Of a DNA stretch of 64,000 bases, positions 49,122-58,582 are shown one piece after another (the first letter of the stretch is position 1; each line of letters begins with the position of its first letter). A program made the translations under genes and the position numbers. Source of the DNA: a bacterium (lineage in GTDB: Bacteria; SAR324; JACQKK01); contig DATFMP010000077.1 in the NCBI GenBank assembly GCA_035266845.1, positions 809 through 64,808 of the forward strand, given 5' to 3'. Below the pieces are notes generated by a model. That model searched no databases. It was not told the origin of the DNA and worked only from the letters and a program-made list of their open reading frames with translations.

Positions 49122-49805
49122 TCACGTGGAAAGCAGCGGAGCGATCTCGTCCAATCGATGGATTTCGTGGTCCGGCGTCACCCCCAACTGTTCCTGGTAG
49201 CGGCCGAAGCGGTTGATCCAGAACACATGGAACCCGAAGGCCTTGGCCCCCACGGCATCCCAACTGTTAGAGGACACGAAACCGATGGACTCCCTGGGCA
49301 CGCCCAGCTTCTCAACCGCCAGTTCGTACACTTGCGGCGACGGCTTGAAGACGCTCAACTCGTGCACGCTCAGGACATGCTTGAGATAAGGCGTGAAGCC
49401 GTTGTGCTGGGTCACCTTGAGCAGCATCTCCGGGCTGCCATTGGAGAGAATGGCCAGCGGGATACGTTGCGAGAGCGCCTGCAACGCCCCGGGCACCTCA
49501 GCGTATGGCGTAAGTTGCAGATAGTTCTCCATCAACTCGCGGAAGGCCTCCTCGGTCGGCTCCAGCTTGAGCGATCCACAAGCGAAGCGCAGACCGGCGG
49601 CAGTGAGCTGCCAAAAGTCCTGATAGCGGCCCATCAGCGAGCTCAGCCACGTGTATTCGAGCTGCTTCTGGCGCCAGATATCGCTGATGGCGACGCCATG
49701 GCCGGGGAAGTGCTTGTCGCACAAGGCCGTGACGGAGGCAACGTCGTAAAGGGTGCCGTAGGCGTCGAACACCAGGGCTTGCAGCTGCGGCGGGGATGCG
49801 CTCAT
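49122..49805 (-). CDS. HAD-superfamily hydrolase, haloacid dehalogenase type II-like
   Basis: Motif I LVFDAYGTLYDV (DxYGT), motif II ILSNGS, and a lysine/aspartate C-terminal motif. ATG verified at 49805. Confidence 0.8.
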   Translation of the reverse strand: MSASPPQLQALVFDAYGTLYDVASVTALCDKHFPGHGVAISDIWRQKQLEYTWLSSLMGRYQDFWQLTAAGLRFACGSLKLEPTEEAFRELMENYLQLTPYAEVPGALQALSQRIPLAILSNGSPEMLLKVTQHNGFTPYLKHVLSVHELSVFKPSPQVYELAVEKLGVPRESIGFVSSNSWDAVGAKAFGFHVFWINRFGRYQEQLGVTPDHEIHRLDEIAPLLST

Positions 49806-49857
49806 CTTGCTCCTTGTCGATGCGGCACCTGGGGCCGCGGGCCCCCGTGGCCGCCGA

Positions 49858-50658
49858 TCACGCGCCCACATCCCCGAGGATGGTCGAAGCCCGGGGAGGC
49901 GCAAAGGCCGGGCGCAGGCGCTCCAGCAGCCCAGCGAAGTCCAAAGGGAACTGCTGCGAAAGCCACTCGGCGCGCCGCTTCAGTTGGCTCAGCGACGGCC
50001 CGTTGCGCTGCGTGCCTGCGATGAAGATCACATTGCTGTCCACGCGCACCGAGAGATAGTGCAACTGCTCGAAGGTGGAGCGCAGGGCGCCACGCACCTG
50101 AGCCAGCAACTCGCGATCCGAGCCCCAGGCATTGACGACGAGCCAGCCGCCGGTCGCGAGCCGATCGCGCAGCATGTTGAACGCGGTCGCGGTGTTCATC
50201 TGCGGCGCGGCGCCATTGGCGTGGAAGGCATCCAGGAAGATCAGCGCATAGCGATGCGTGTCCTCCCGCAAAAACATCGCTCCATCCTGGTTGACCACCT
50301 CCAGGCGGGACGAGACGGGCAGGTCGAAATAGCGATAGGCCACGTCCACCACGCCGCGGTTCAGCTCCACCACGCGCTGCTGCACCTCCGGCAGGTGCCG
50401 GTGCAGGCAGTCGGGAATCGTGCCGCCACCCAGCCCAAAGTGGAGGACGGAATCCGGCTTGGGAACGAACAGCAGGCCCGCCATCATGGCGCGCGCGTAG
50501 TCCAGCAACAGCACGTCCGGCGCCACAAGGGAGCGCGCACTCTGGGTGATGTGGTTGCCGAAGCGCAACTCGCGCTGGTCGCCCCGGTCGATCACCTGGA
50601 TTTGCACGCCATCCACCGTCCTGTTGTAGATGGGCGTTTCGTAGCGGAACAGCTTCAT
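49858..50658 (-). CDS. spermidine/spermine synthase-like (PABS-fold) methyltransferase-superfamily protein
   Basis: VLHFGLGGGTIPDCLHRHLPEVQQRVVELNRGVVDVAYRYF...IFLDAF is the PABS pattern (GGGDG-like, D-loop). ATG verified at 50658. Confidence 0.75.
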   Translation of the reverse strand: MKLFRYETPIYNRTVDGVQIQVIDRGDQRELRFGNHITQSARSLVAPDVLLLDYARAMMAGLLFVPKPDSVLHFGLGGGTIPDCLHRHLPEVQQRVVELNRGVVDVAYRYFDLPVSSRLEVVNQDGAMFLREDTHRYALIFLDAFHANGAAPQMNTATAFNMLRDRLATGGWLVVNAWGSDRELLAQVRGALRSTFEQLHYLSVRVDSNVIFIAGTQRNGPSLSQLKRRAEWLSQQFPLDFAGLLERLRPAFAPPRASTILGDVGA

Positions 50659-50923
50659 TCGACCTCGTGCGGCCAAGTCGCCGGTGGTCAGGACGGCGGC
50701 CCCGCCTCCCCTCGGAGACGTGCCGAGACGCTGCGCAGAGCGGCATCTGCCGCGGCAACACCCATGGGCCGCAAATTCCATGAAAGACAAATCGGCCCCA
50801 TTTGGCAATCGAAATCCCCGCCGCCTTGGCCCAAGTGCTATAACGGGAGCACCAGCGCCAAGAGCCTCTGACCGCCCACCGGGGGCGGCCGTAACGCATT
50901 GAGAACCCTCCCCCTCGCGAGCC

Positions 50924-51598
50924 ATGCCGCCGTCCACTTCCAGCAGTCCCCGCGAGACACTCTATCGCCTGCGTGAGGTGCAGGCGTTGCTTCCCGGCGA
51001 GGGCAGCATCGGCCCCATCACGTGGGCTGTTCGCCGCGGCCAGCGCATCGGCGTGCGTTGTGCGAGCGACGCACAGTGGGAGACATTGCGGGCCCTGCTG
51101 ACCGGCGAGCGCAGCCCGGTCTCCGGCTGGTTGGACGAGGTGACACCGGTCACGGTGCAGACGGACGCACACCTGCGGAAGGTGCTCCGCCCCGGCGATT
51201 CGCTGCAGGACTTCCTCGACGGCCCGGATGCGCCGGAATTCGTGAGGCTGGAGGGGCGACGGCACTCGCTGATGGTGCTGGTGGATTTGCTGGACATCAC
51301 ACCTGCCATGCGACGGTGCGTCTTCAAGTTCGGTTCTCCGTCGCTGCTGGAACGCGTGTGGGCCCTGCGCTTCCTCATTTCGCGGGCAGACGTGTTGATC
51401 GGACGGGAAGTGTTCCGCATCGCCGATCCACCGGTGCGCGTAGCGTTGCGGCGGCGCTGGGGCGACTGGCCGGGCACGCTCATCGCCGGCGAAGGCGACC
51501 AACCGCTGCCCGGCGCGCTCGATGGGTGGGCGCGGTTAGACGCGGAGGGGCACTTCAGCGCCGGAAATCTCGCCGCTCCGCCGGAGGACGGCCCCTGA
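50924..51598 (+). CDS. hypothetical protein resembling a catalytically degenerate ABC nucleotide-binding domain
   Basis: ITWAVRRGQRIGVRCASDAQWETLRALLTGERSPVSGW aligns to an NBD with a ruined Walker A (GVRCASDAQ instead of GxNGxGKT). GSPSLLERVWALRFLISRADVLIGREVF aligns to LSGGQ / Walker B with the catalytic residues replaced. This is inference from motif spacing only. Confidence 0.45.
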   Translation: MPPSTSSSPRETLYRLREVQALLPGEGSIGPITWAVRRGQRIGVRCASDAQWETLRALLTGERSPVSGWLDEVTPVTVQTDAHLRKVLRPGDSLQDFLDGPDAPEFVRLEGRRHSLMVLVDLLDITPAMRRCVFKFGSPSLLERVWALRFLISRADVLIGREVFRIADPPVRVALRRRWGDWPGTLIAGEGDQPLPGALDGWARLDAEGHFSAGNLAAPPEDGP

Positions 51599-51854
51599 GC
51601 GCGTCATTTGCGCAATCCCGTGGCGGGCGCGGCCACGCCTGCAAAGCCCCCGCTCCCTGCGCGATCCGCGGCGGCAGCGCGGAAATGCAGGCGGCACTTG
51701 GGTTGACGTTTCGCGGGCTTGCGGATAAAACCGTGCAAATGGCCCGCCCCTGGAGCAACCGCCCAGGAACCGACCGGCCCAGTTTCCACGGATGGAACCG
51801 GCACCTGCCTGCCCGACCGCGCCTTTGCCTGCATCGCCCGCGCTTGCTGGCCGT

Positions 51855-52562
51855 ATGACCCAAGCCGACTTCATTCACGTCGAAGGGCTGCACAAGCGGT
51901 ACCGCGACGTTCACGGCAACGAACTGCCCATCCTGCGTGGCGTTCGGCTGGATGTAGCACAGGGCGAAACCGTGTCCATCATGGGCGCTTCAGGTGCCGG
52001 CAAAAGCACGCTGCTGCACCTGCTGGGCACCTTGGACAGTCCCGACGAGGGCATCATCCGCATTGGCGGGCTGGACATCAGCAACCTGGACGATGAGCAA
52101 GGCGCCCGCTTCCGCAACGAGACCATCGGCTTTGTGTTCCAATTCCACCACCTGTTGATGGACTTCACGGCGCTCGAGAACGTGATGATCCCCATGTGGA
52201 TCCGCGCCGGACGGACGGTTCCTCTGCAGGATGAGGCCCACCATCTGCTGGAAGAAGTGGGGTTGGGCCCGCGCGCCCATCACAAGCCCGCCGAGCTTTC
52301 CGGCGGGGAGCAGCAGCGGCTGGCCATCGCCCGCGCCATCGCCAATGGCCCACAGATCCTGCTGGCGGACGAACCGACGGGCAACCTGGACGAGGCGACC
52401 GGGGCGCGGGTGGAAGAACTGCTGCTACGCCTGAACATCGAGCACGGCCTCACGGTGATCCTGGTCACCCACAATTCCCAGTTTGCGGCCCGGATGGCCC
52501 ACCCCTACGTCCTGGAGCACGGGCTGTTGCAGCCCTTCTCCCCCGGCCGGCCCGATGCCTAG
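51855..52562 (+). CDS. ABC transporter ATP-binding protein, LolD/FtsE/MacB-type
   Basis: Walker [17 protein letters not shown]-loop FVFQFHHLL, signature [14 protein letters not shown], Walker [14 protein letters not shown]-loop VTHN. No cognate FtsX-like permease is adjacent. Confidence 0.85.
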   Translation: MTQADFIHVEGLHKRYRDVHGNELPILRGVRLDVAQGETVSIMGASGAGKSTLLHLLGTLDSPDEGIIRIGGLDISNLDDEQGARFRNETIGFVFQFHHLLMDFTALENVMIPMWIRAGRTVPLQDEAHHLLEEVGLGPRAHHKPAELSGGEQQRLAIARAIANGPQILLADEPTGNLDEATGARVEELLLRLNIEHGLTVILVTHNSQFAARMAHPYVLEHGLLQPFSPGRPDA

Positions 52563-55245
52563 CATCGCCACGCCGGATGCGGCGCCCCAGGGGCGCACGG
52601 CAACTCCAGCCTCCTCGCGTCGGCGCCGCAGGAGGTGGGGGGCGTGGCTCGGTTTGTATGTTGCGCTGTGGCTACTGCCGAGCATCGTGCTGGCGCAGAC
52701 GGCTGCACCAGCCCCCGCCACCCCGGGCAGCCCCGCCCCCGCAGGTCCGCCCGCCCAGGCGCCGACCCTGCAGACACCGACGCTGAAGGCACCTCCGCTG
52801 ATCACACCGCTCGCGCCAACACAGGCGCCAGCTCCGGTCGCGGCACCCACCCCTGCACCAGCACAGCCCAGCGCGCCGCCTGCGACGCAAACGTCGAGCG
52901 TGATCCTGGACATCGAGTTTCAGGGCACAGTGCACACCACCAAGGGCGAACTGCTGGGCAACGTGACCAGCCGCGTGGGCGAGCAACTGCTACCCCAGAC
53001 GGTCACGCGGGACGTGAAGTCTCTCTATGCGCTGGGCTTCTTCAAGCAGGTGCGGGCAGAGGCGCAGCCAGTGCCCGGCCGGGGCGTGATTCTGCGCTTC
53101 ATCGTCACAGAAAAGCCGCGCATCGTGGCGATCCTTTTGCGTGGCAACACACGTATTGACGACAAGGACCTGTTCGAGAAGATCCCCATTGCCGTGGGCA
53201 GCTACTATAACACGGCCGAGGCCACTGAGACCGCGGAGCGCATCCGCACGGCCTATCGCAACAAGGGCTACCTGCAGGTGAAGGTAACGCCGGAACAAGA
53301 CCCGGTGGACGCCTACGACGTGCGCCTGATCTTCCACATCGAAGAATCTCCGCGGATGTACATCACGGACATCCGCGTGACGGGCACGCACGTGTTCACG
53401 GAGATGGAGATACGCCGCATGATGCAGTCGGCGTCCGTGGACTGCTTCGACTGGATCAACGACTCGGGCGTGTTCAACGAAGACAAGATCAACCACGATC
53501 TGCAGACCATCGTGGCGGAGTACCTCCAGCGCGGCTACGTGCGGGTCTTCATCGACAAGCCCAAGGTCACCCTGATCCACAACGACGAGTACTCCAAGAT
53601 CATCGTCGAACTGCACATCACCGAGGGCCCCCAGTATTTCACGGGGCAGTTGGACATCAGCGGAGACATTCTGGGCGACAAGCAGCAACTGCTCGATGCG
53701 CTCGGGCTCAAGTCCGGCAACGTCTTCGATGCGCTGCAGCAGAACCGCGACACGTTCGCCTTGCGCGAAATCTACCAGGAGCAGGGCTACGCCTTTGTGC
53801 AAGTGCGCCCGCAGGTGCAAATTCACGACGATACCAAGATCGTCGACGTCACCTACGACATCACCAAGGGCGAGAAGGCCTACATCGGCCGCATTGAGTT
53901 CCAGGGCAACAAGGAGACCCGCGACTACGTGATGCGCCGTGAGTTCAAAGTGCAGGAGAACCAACTCTACAACGGCCTCAAGTTGCGAGAATCCCAGCAA
54001 AACCTTAATGCGCTGGGATACTTCACGCCTGGGTCCCTGCACCTGGAGACCAAGCCGCGGGACGTGAACAACGTGCTGGACATACTCACCAACGTAGAAG
54101 AGTCGCAGACCGGCACCTTGCAGGCACAGATCGGCTACAGCGACCAATCCGGTGCCACGCTGTCGACCTCCATCTCCAAAGGCAACTTCCTGGGGCGCGG
54201 TGAGACAATCCGAGGCTCGGTGCAGTGGAGCCAACGCGGCACCACGCGGGACTTCTCCGGCGATTTCATCGAGCCGCACCTGCTGGACACCGACTACTCC
54301 AGCGATTCCTCGGTCGCCTATCGCACGATTCAGGACCAGACGGAGCTGGACCGCGGCACCTTCAACGAGATTTTCGCCTCGCAGGGCTTCGGGCATCCGA
54401 TCATCGGCCCGCTGCGCATCAACTTCGCCTTGTCGGCGCTCAACCGCGACTTCCAGGACCCGGAGGAGCCGAGCGTGCACCTGCGCACGTTCACGACCTC
54501 GCTGATCTACAATACGGTCAACAACCCCATATTCCCCAGCGCCGGCTCCAACGTGACGCTGTCGCTGGCGCAGATCGGCGGACAGATGCTGGGCGGCACG
54601 ACGGAGTACCGGCGCTACCGCCTGCTGGCGCAACGGTTCTACAGCCTCAACGACTCGGGCAGCCTCGTGGTGATGGGGCGGCTGCGGCTGGGCTGGCTGC
54701 AGCAGGTTGGCGACAACCTGATCCCACCGGAAGATCGCTTCCGGCTGGGGGGAATCAACTCCCTGCGCGGTTACCGGTACAATGAGGTGGGTGGCCCTTC
54801 GGGCCTGCTGGATCGGCGGCTCAACTCCGTGAGCCGCCTCAAGTTGGACGACCTGGGTCAGCCAGTGCTGGACTCGTTCGGCCAACCCGTCCTGGAGAAT
54901 GTGGACAAGCGGACGCTGGGCCTGCCCGAGTCCACGCTGCAGCAGTTGCAGGGTGGCGGCACCATGGAACGGCTGTTCAACCTGGAGCTGATCTTCCCGC
55001 TGGCCGGCAACAACATCCGCGGTGTGGTCTTCTACGACGCGGGGCAGGTCAATGCCGAGCAGATCCAGTATCAGATCCTCAATGAACAGCAACCCGGGTT
55101 CTTCGATCTATTGCAGAGCGTGGGTGCCGGCATCCGCATGATCACGCCGCTCGGCGTCTTTCGCTTCGAATACGGCCAGAAGCTCAAGGTGCGCCCCAAT
55201 GAGAGCCCCGGCCAGTTCGACTTTACGATCGGTACGCTGTTCTGA
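52555..55245 (+). CDS. bamA: outer-membrane protein assembly factor BamA (POTRA repeats + 16-strand beta-barrel)
   Basis: POTRA-like blocks (LYALGFFKQVRAE..., GYLQVKVTPE...) and the C-terminal barrel ending ...GQFDFTIGTLF. ATG 52555 overlaps the lolD-like stop. An unusual ~85-aa Pro/Ala/Thr-rich segment follows the signal peptide. Confidence 0.85.
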   Translation: MPSIATPDAAPQGRTATPASSRRRRRRWGAWLGLYVALWLLPSIVLAQTAAPAPATPGSPAPAGPPAQAPTLQTPTLKAPPLITPLAPTQAPAPVAAPTPAPAQPSAPPATQTSSVILDIEFQGTVHTTKGELLGNVTSRVGEQLLPQTVTRDVKSLYALGFFKQVRAEAQPVPGRGVILRFIVTEKPRIVAILLRGNTRIDDKDLFEKIPIAVGSYYNTAEATETAERIRTAYRNKGYLQVKVTPEQDPVDAYDVRLIFHIEESPRMYITDIRVTGTHVFTEMEIRRMMQSASVDCFDWINDSGVFNEDKINHDLQTIVAEYLQRGYVRVFIDKPKVTLIHNDEYSKIIVELHITEGPQYFTGQLDISGDILGDKQQLLDALGLKSGNVFDALQQNRDTFALREIYQEQGYAFVQVRPQVQIHDDTKIVDVTYDITKGEKAYIGRIEFQGNKETRDYVMRREFKVQENQLYNGLKLRESQQNLNALGYFTPGSLHLETKPRDVNNVLDILTNVEESQTGTLQAQIGYSDQSGATLSTSISKGNFLGRGETIRGSVQWSQRGTTRDFSGDFIEPHLLDTDYSSDSSVAYRTIQDQTELDRGTFNEIFASQGFGHPIIGPLRINFALSALNRDFQDPEEPSVHLRTFTTSLIYNTVNNPIFPSAGSNVTLSLAQIGGQMLGGTTEYRRYRLLAQRFYSLNDSGSLVVMGRLRLGWLQQVGDNLIPPEDRFRLGGINSLRGYRYNEVGGPSGLLDRRLNSVSRLKLDDLGQPVLDSFGQPVLENVDKRTLGLPESTLQQLQGGGTMERLFNLELIFPLAGNNIRGVVFYDAGQVNAEQIQYQILNEQQPGFFDLLQSVGAGIRMITPLGVFRFEYGQKLKVRPNESPGQFDFTIGTLF

Positions 55246-55307
55246 TTAATTATGGGGGCAGCGGCATCGGTCACCCCACCGGAAGCCGCCGCCCTTCCCG
55301 CTCAGCC

Positions 55308-55928
55308 ATGAGACCGAGTCCGACCATGCATGGGAAGCTGCTTCTCCGCTGCCTCGCGCCGCTGCTGCTGTTCGCCGTGGCGGCCCTGCCCGCGCAGGCC
55401 AAAGGCCTCGAGGGCCTGAAGATTGGTGTGGTGAACGTGAATGAAGCGCTCAACCAGTCTGCTGCCGGCGAACGCTCCAAGAGCATTCTGCTGGCCTCCA
55501 AGAGCCAACTGGAAAACGAGCTGAAGGCCAAGGAGGCCGATCTCAAGAAGAAGCACGATGACTTGCAGAACAACATCATGCTCACCAAGGAGGCGCGCCA
55601 GGCCAAGGAGCAGGCGCTGCGCGATCAGGAGAATCAACTGCGCAAGGACGTGCAGGATGCCCAGCGCGAGTTGCAGGACAAGGAACGCAAGCTTACCCAG
55701 TCCATCTATATCGAGCTGCGCACGGTGATCGGTCAGATTGCCCAGGAAGAACACTACGACCTGGTGCTGGAGCAGAACGCGGCCAACGTGATCCTGTTCT
55801 CCACCACCAAGTTCGACGATCTGACGCAAAAGGTGATCGACCGCTACAACCAGTTCAATTCGGGCAAATCGAGCGCACCGGCCGACTCCGGCACCTCGGG
55901 ATCCGCCGCCAAGCCCAAGAAGAAGTAA
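55308..55928 (+). CDS. skp: periplasmic chaperone Skp/OmpH family
   Basis: Signal peptide plus a Lys/Glu/Gln-rich coiled-coil of ~180 aa. KIGVVNVNEALNQSAAG is the OmpH signature. Start may be ATG 55326. Confidence 0.8.
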   Translation: MRPSPTMHGKLLLRCLAPLLLFAVAALPAQAKGLEGLKIGVVNVNEALNQSAAGERSKSILLASKSQLENELKAKEADLKKKHDDLQNNIMLTKEARQAKEQALRDQENQLRKDVQDAQRELQDKERKLTQSIYIELRTVIGQIAQEEHYDLVLEQNAANVILFSTTKFDDLTQKVIDRYNQFNSGKSSAPADSGTSGSAAKPKKK

Positions 55929-56016
55929 CCGCCACGGGCTCCGGTCGGGAGATCGCGCCGCTCCTTTTCCCCGACCCGGACCGCCCCGGTGCACTCCTGC
56001 GGAGGGATGTCCTGCG

Positions 56017-56460
56017 ATGGCCGTACTCGAGATCGAAGACATCAAGAAGATGCTGCCCCACCGGTACCCGTTCCTACTGCTGGACCGAGTACTGGAGCTG
56101 GAAGAGGGCAAGCGCTGCAAGGCCCTGAAGAACGTGACCGGCAACGAGGACTTCTTCCAGGGGCATTTCCCCGGCAACCCCGTGATGCCGGGCGTGCTGA
56201 TCGTCGAGGCGATGGCCCAGGCCTGCGGAATCGCGGCCTTCGCGCTGGAAAAGGACGTCTCCAGCAAGTGGCTCCTCTTCGCGGGCATCGAAAAGGCGCG
56301 CTTCAAGCGCCCCGTGGTGCCCGGCGACCAACTGATCATCGAGGCGGCGTACATCGCGCACAAGATGAGCGTCTGGTCGTTTTCGGCCTCGGCCTCGGTG
56401 GATGGCCGGGTGGCAGCCCAGGCGGATATCCGCATCGCCACCGTTCCCAAACAACCCTGA
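56017..56460 (+). CDS. fabZ: 3-hydroxyacyl-ACP dehydratase FabZ
   Basis: LPHRYPFLLLDRV and HFPGNPVMPGVLIVEAMAQ are canonical FabZ motifs. 147 aa. Confidence 0.9.
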   Translation: MAVLEIEDIKKMLPHRYPFLLLDRVLELEEGKRCKALKNVTGNEDFFQGHFPGNPVMPGVLIVEAMAQACGIAAFALEKDVSSKWLLFAGIEKARFKRPVVPGDQLIIEAAYIAHKMSVWSFSASASVDGRVAAQADIRIATVPKQP

Positions 56461-56485
56461 CGCGCCGGGCTTGGCGCCGCATTCC

Positions 56486-57433
56486 ATGCCTGCTCCCATC
56501 CGCGTCGCCGTCGTTGGCGTAGGCCACTTGGGCCGCTTCCATGCCCAGAAATACGCAGCCCTGCCCGACTGCGAGCTGGTGGCCGTGGTGGACGCGGACC
56601 CGGCCCGCGCCAAGGCGGTGGGTGAGGAGGTGGGCGCCCCCGCCAGCACCGACCTGGCCGCCGTGCTGCAACAAGTGGACGCCGTCAGCATCGCCACCCC
56701 CACCCAGAGCCACCAAGCCGTGGGGCTGGAATGCCTGCGCGCCGGCAAGCACGCCCTGATCGAAAAGCCGCTGGCCGCCACCCTGCCCGAGGGCGAGGCG
56801 CTGGTGGCCGAAGCGCAGCGCCAAGGCGTCGCGCTGCAAGTGGGCTATGTACAGCGCTTCAACCCAGCGTTCGTGGCCTGCCGGCCCCACATCGCCCGGC
56901 CACGCTTCATCGAGTCTATCCGCATCCAGCCCTACACCGGTGGACGAGGGGCCGATGTGGACGTGGTGCTGGACCTGATGAGCCACGACCTGGACCTGGT
57001 CGCCTCCCTGGTGGATTCGCCCCTGCACAGCCTGCACGCCGTGGGTATCTCGCTGGTGACGACCAGCACGGATCTGGCCCACGCGCACCTGGTGTTCGAG
57101 AACGGCTGCACGGCCAACCTGACCGCGAGTCGCATCTCCGTGAAGGCCGAGCGCCGCATGCGGCTGTTCCAGCGGGACCGCTACTTCTCCATCGACTTCG
57201 TCGTGCCCTCCGCCCGCCAGTACGTGGCGACACCGGGAGCCGAGAACGGCGCGCCCGTGCGCGAAGAGGCGCTGCAGCTTGCCAACGCGGATGCGCTGCA
57301 GGCCGAGCTTGCCGCGTTCCTGCACGCGGTGCGCACGGGCGGCACGCCGCCGGTCACAGGCGCCGACGGCCTGCGTTCCATGGAACTGGCCGACCGCGTG
57401 ATGCGCGACATCGCGCGCAACGTGCTGCCATGA
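56486..57433 (+). CDS. Gfo/Idh/MocA-family NAD(P)-dependent oxidoreductase (GnnA-like position in the envelope cluster)
   Basis: Rossmann start IRVAVVGVGHLGRFHAQ. The EKP motif (LIEKPLAA). ATG 56486. Confidence 0.85.
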   Translation: MPAPIRVAVVGVGHLGRFHAQKYAALPDCELVAVVDADPARAKAVGEEVGAPASTDLAAVLQQVDAVSIATPTQSHQAVGLECLRAGKHALIEKPLAATLPEGEALVAEAQRQGVALQVGYVQRFNPAFVACRPHIARPRFIESIRIQPYTGGRGADVDVVLDLMSHDLDLVASLVDSPLHSLHAVGISLVTTSTDLAHAHLVFENGCTANLTASRISVKAERRMRLFQRDRYFSIDFVVPSARQYVATPGAENGAPVREEALQLANADALQAELAAFLHAVRTGGTPPVTGADGLRSMELADRVMRDIARNVLP

Positions 57434-58542
57434 TCCTGTTCCGCTCCATCTTCCGGGAGCTCGTCAATCCGTTCCTGATGACCCTGCTGGTGATGGTGGG
57501 GTTGCTGATGACCCAGCAGGTCTATGATCTGGTGAACCTGGTCGTGGAGCGGCGGCTGAACCTGGCGGAAGTCGGCCTGATGCTGGTCTATCTGGCGCCG
57601 CAGGTGCTGGACGTGACGGTGCCCCTGGCGGTCGTGGGGGCGGTGTTCGTGGTGGTAATCCGGCAATCCATGGATGCCGAGGTAATCTCACTGCGGGCCA
57701 CGGGCCGCGCTCTGTGGAGCTATGCGGCGCCGTTCCTGATCTTTGGCGCGATCATGACCGGGGTCACAGCCTACGTGACGGTCTGGCTGCAGCCTCTGGC
57801 CAGCCGCCTGTACCAGAACCTGCAGGTGGAGATGGTTCGCTGGCGTGCGGAGCAGAAGCTGGTGCCGGGTGAGTTGAACTACGACTTCGGCGACAAAGTG
57901 ATCCGCGTCGGCGGCCGTAAATCCGCCAAGGAACTGTCCGATATCTTCATCGCCAGCCGCCACCTGGGCCCCACCAGCTCCGTCATTACGGCCCATAGCG
58001 GCTGGATCGAGGTGGACGACAAGGCCAAGCGCGTGGTGTTCCGCCTGAAGGACGGCACGGTATACACGCTGAGCGGCGACGCGCCGGAGTTCCGCACCGT
58101 GAACTTCGACACCATGCGCTATGCCTTGAACTACAAGCCCGTGCAGATCGTGGATACGCACACTCTGCGCTCCACGCCCAGTTCGCGGCTGCTGGCCAAT
58201 GCGCGCGACGCGGCCCAATCGGCGTCGGCACGCGCCAGCGCGCTGGATGAGCTGATTCGCCGTGTCGCAACACCTTGGGTGTGCCTCGCCTTCGCGCTGG
58301 CGAGCATCCCCATGGCGATTATCGACCCACGCTCGGGCCGCCGGGCCGGGTATCTGCGTGCCATCTTCCTCGTCGTCGCGTACTTCGTCGTCTGGGCGGC
58401 GTTCAAGGACTTGGTGGGAGGCGGCAAGGCAGTGCCCTATGCCATGTTCCTCCCGGCCCTGCTGATCTTTCTGTATGGTATGTTGAGGCTTTGGCAGATG
58501 AACGCCGACGTGGACTCCCTGTGGCGGGCCTTCCGCCGCTGA
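57430..58542 (+). CDS. LptF/LptG-family (YjgP/YjgQ) permease
   Basis: MILFRSIFRELVNPFLMTLLVMVGLLM is the typical LptF/G start. 370 aa: 3 TM + periplasmic beta-jellyroll + 3 TM. ATG 57430 overlaps the upstream stop. Confidence 0.8.
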   Translation: MILFRSIFRELVNPFLMTLLVMVGLLMTQQVYDLVNLVVERRLNLAEVGLMLVYLAPQVLDVTVPLAVVGAVFVVVIRQSMDAEVISLRATGRALWSYAAPFLIFGAIMTGVTAYVTVWLQPLASRLYQNLQVEMVRWRAEQKLVPGELNYDFGDKVIRVGGRKSAKELSDIFIASRHLGPTSSVITAHSGWIEVDDKAKRVVFRLKDGTVYTLSGDAPEFRTVNFDTMRYALNYKPVQIVDTHTLRSTPSSRLLANARDAAQSASARASALDELIRRVATPWVCLAFALASIPMAIIDPRSGRRAGYLRAIFLVVAYFVVWAAFKDLVGGGKAVPYAMFLPALLIFLYGMLRLWQMNADVDSLWRAFRR

Positions 58543-58582
58543 CCCCTCGGCGGCGTCCACCGCGCGGGGCAATGGAGGGAAG

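Noticed and set aside
49802-51502. 566-aa minus-strand ORF spanning the spermidine-synthase-like gene and the divergent hypothetical
   Set aside because: It reads through a divergent promoter region. The true minus gene starts at ATG 50658 (MKLFRYETP...).
52990-55092. 700-aa minus-strand ORF antisense to bamA
   Set aside because: No motifs. The bamA sense frame has POTRA and barrel signatures across its entire length.
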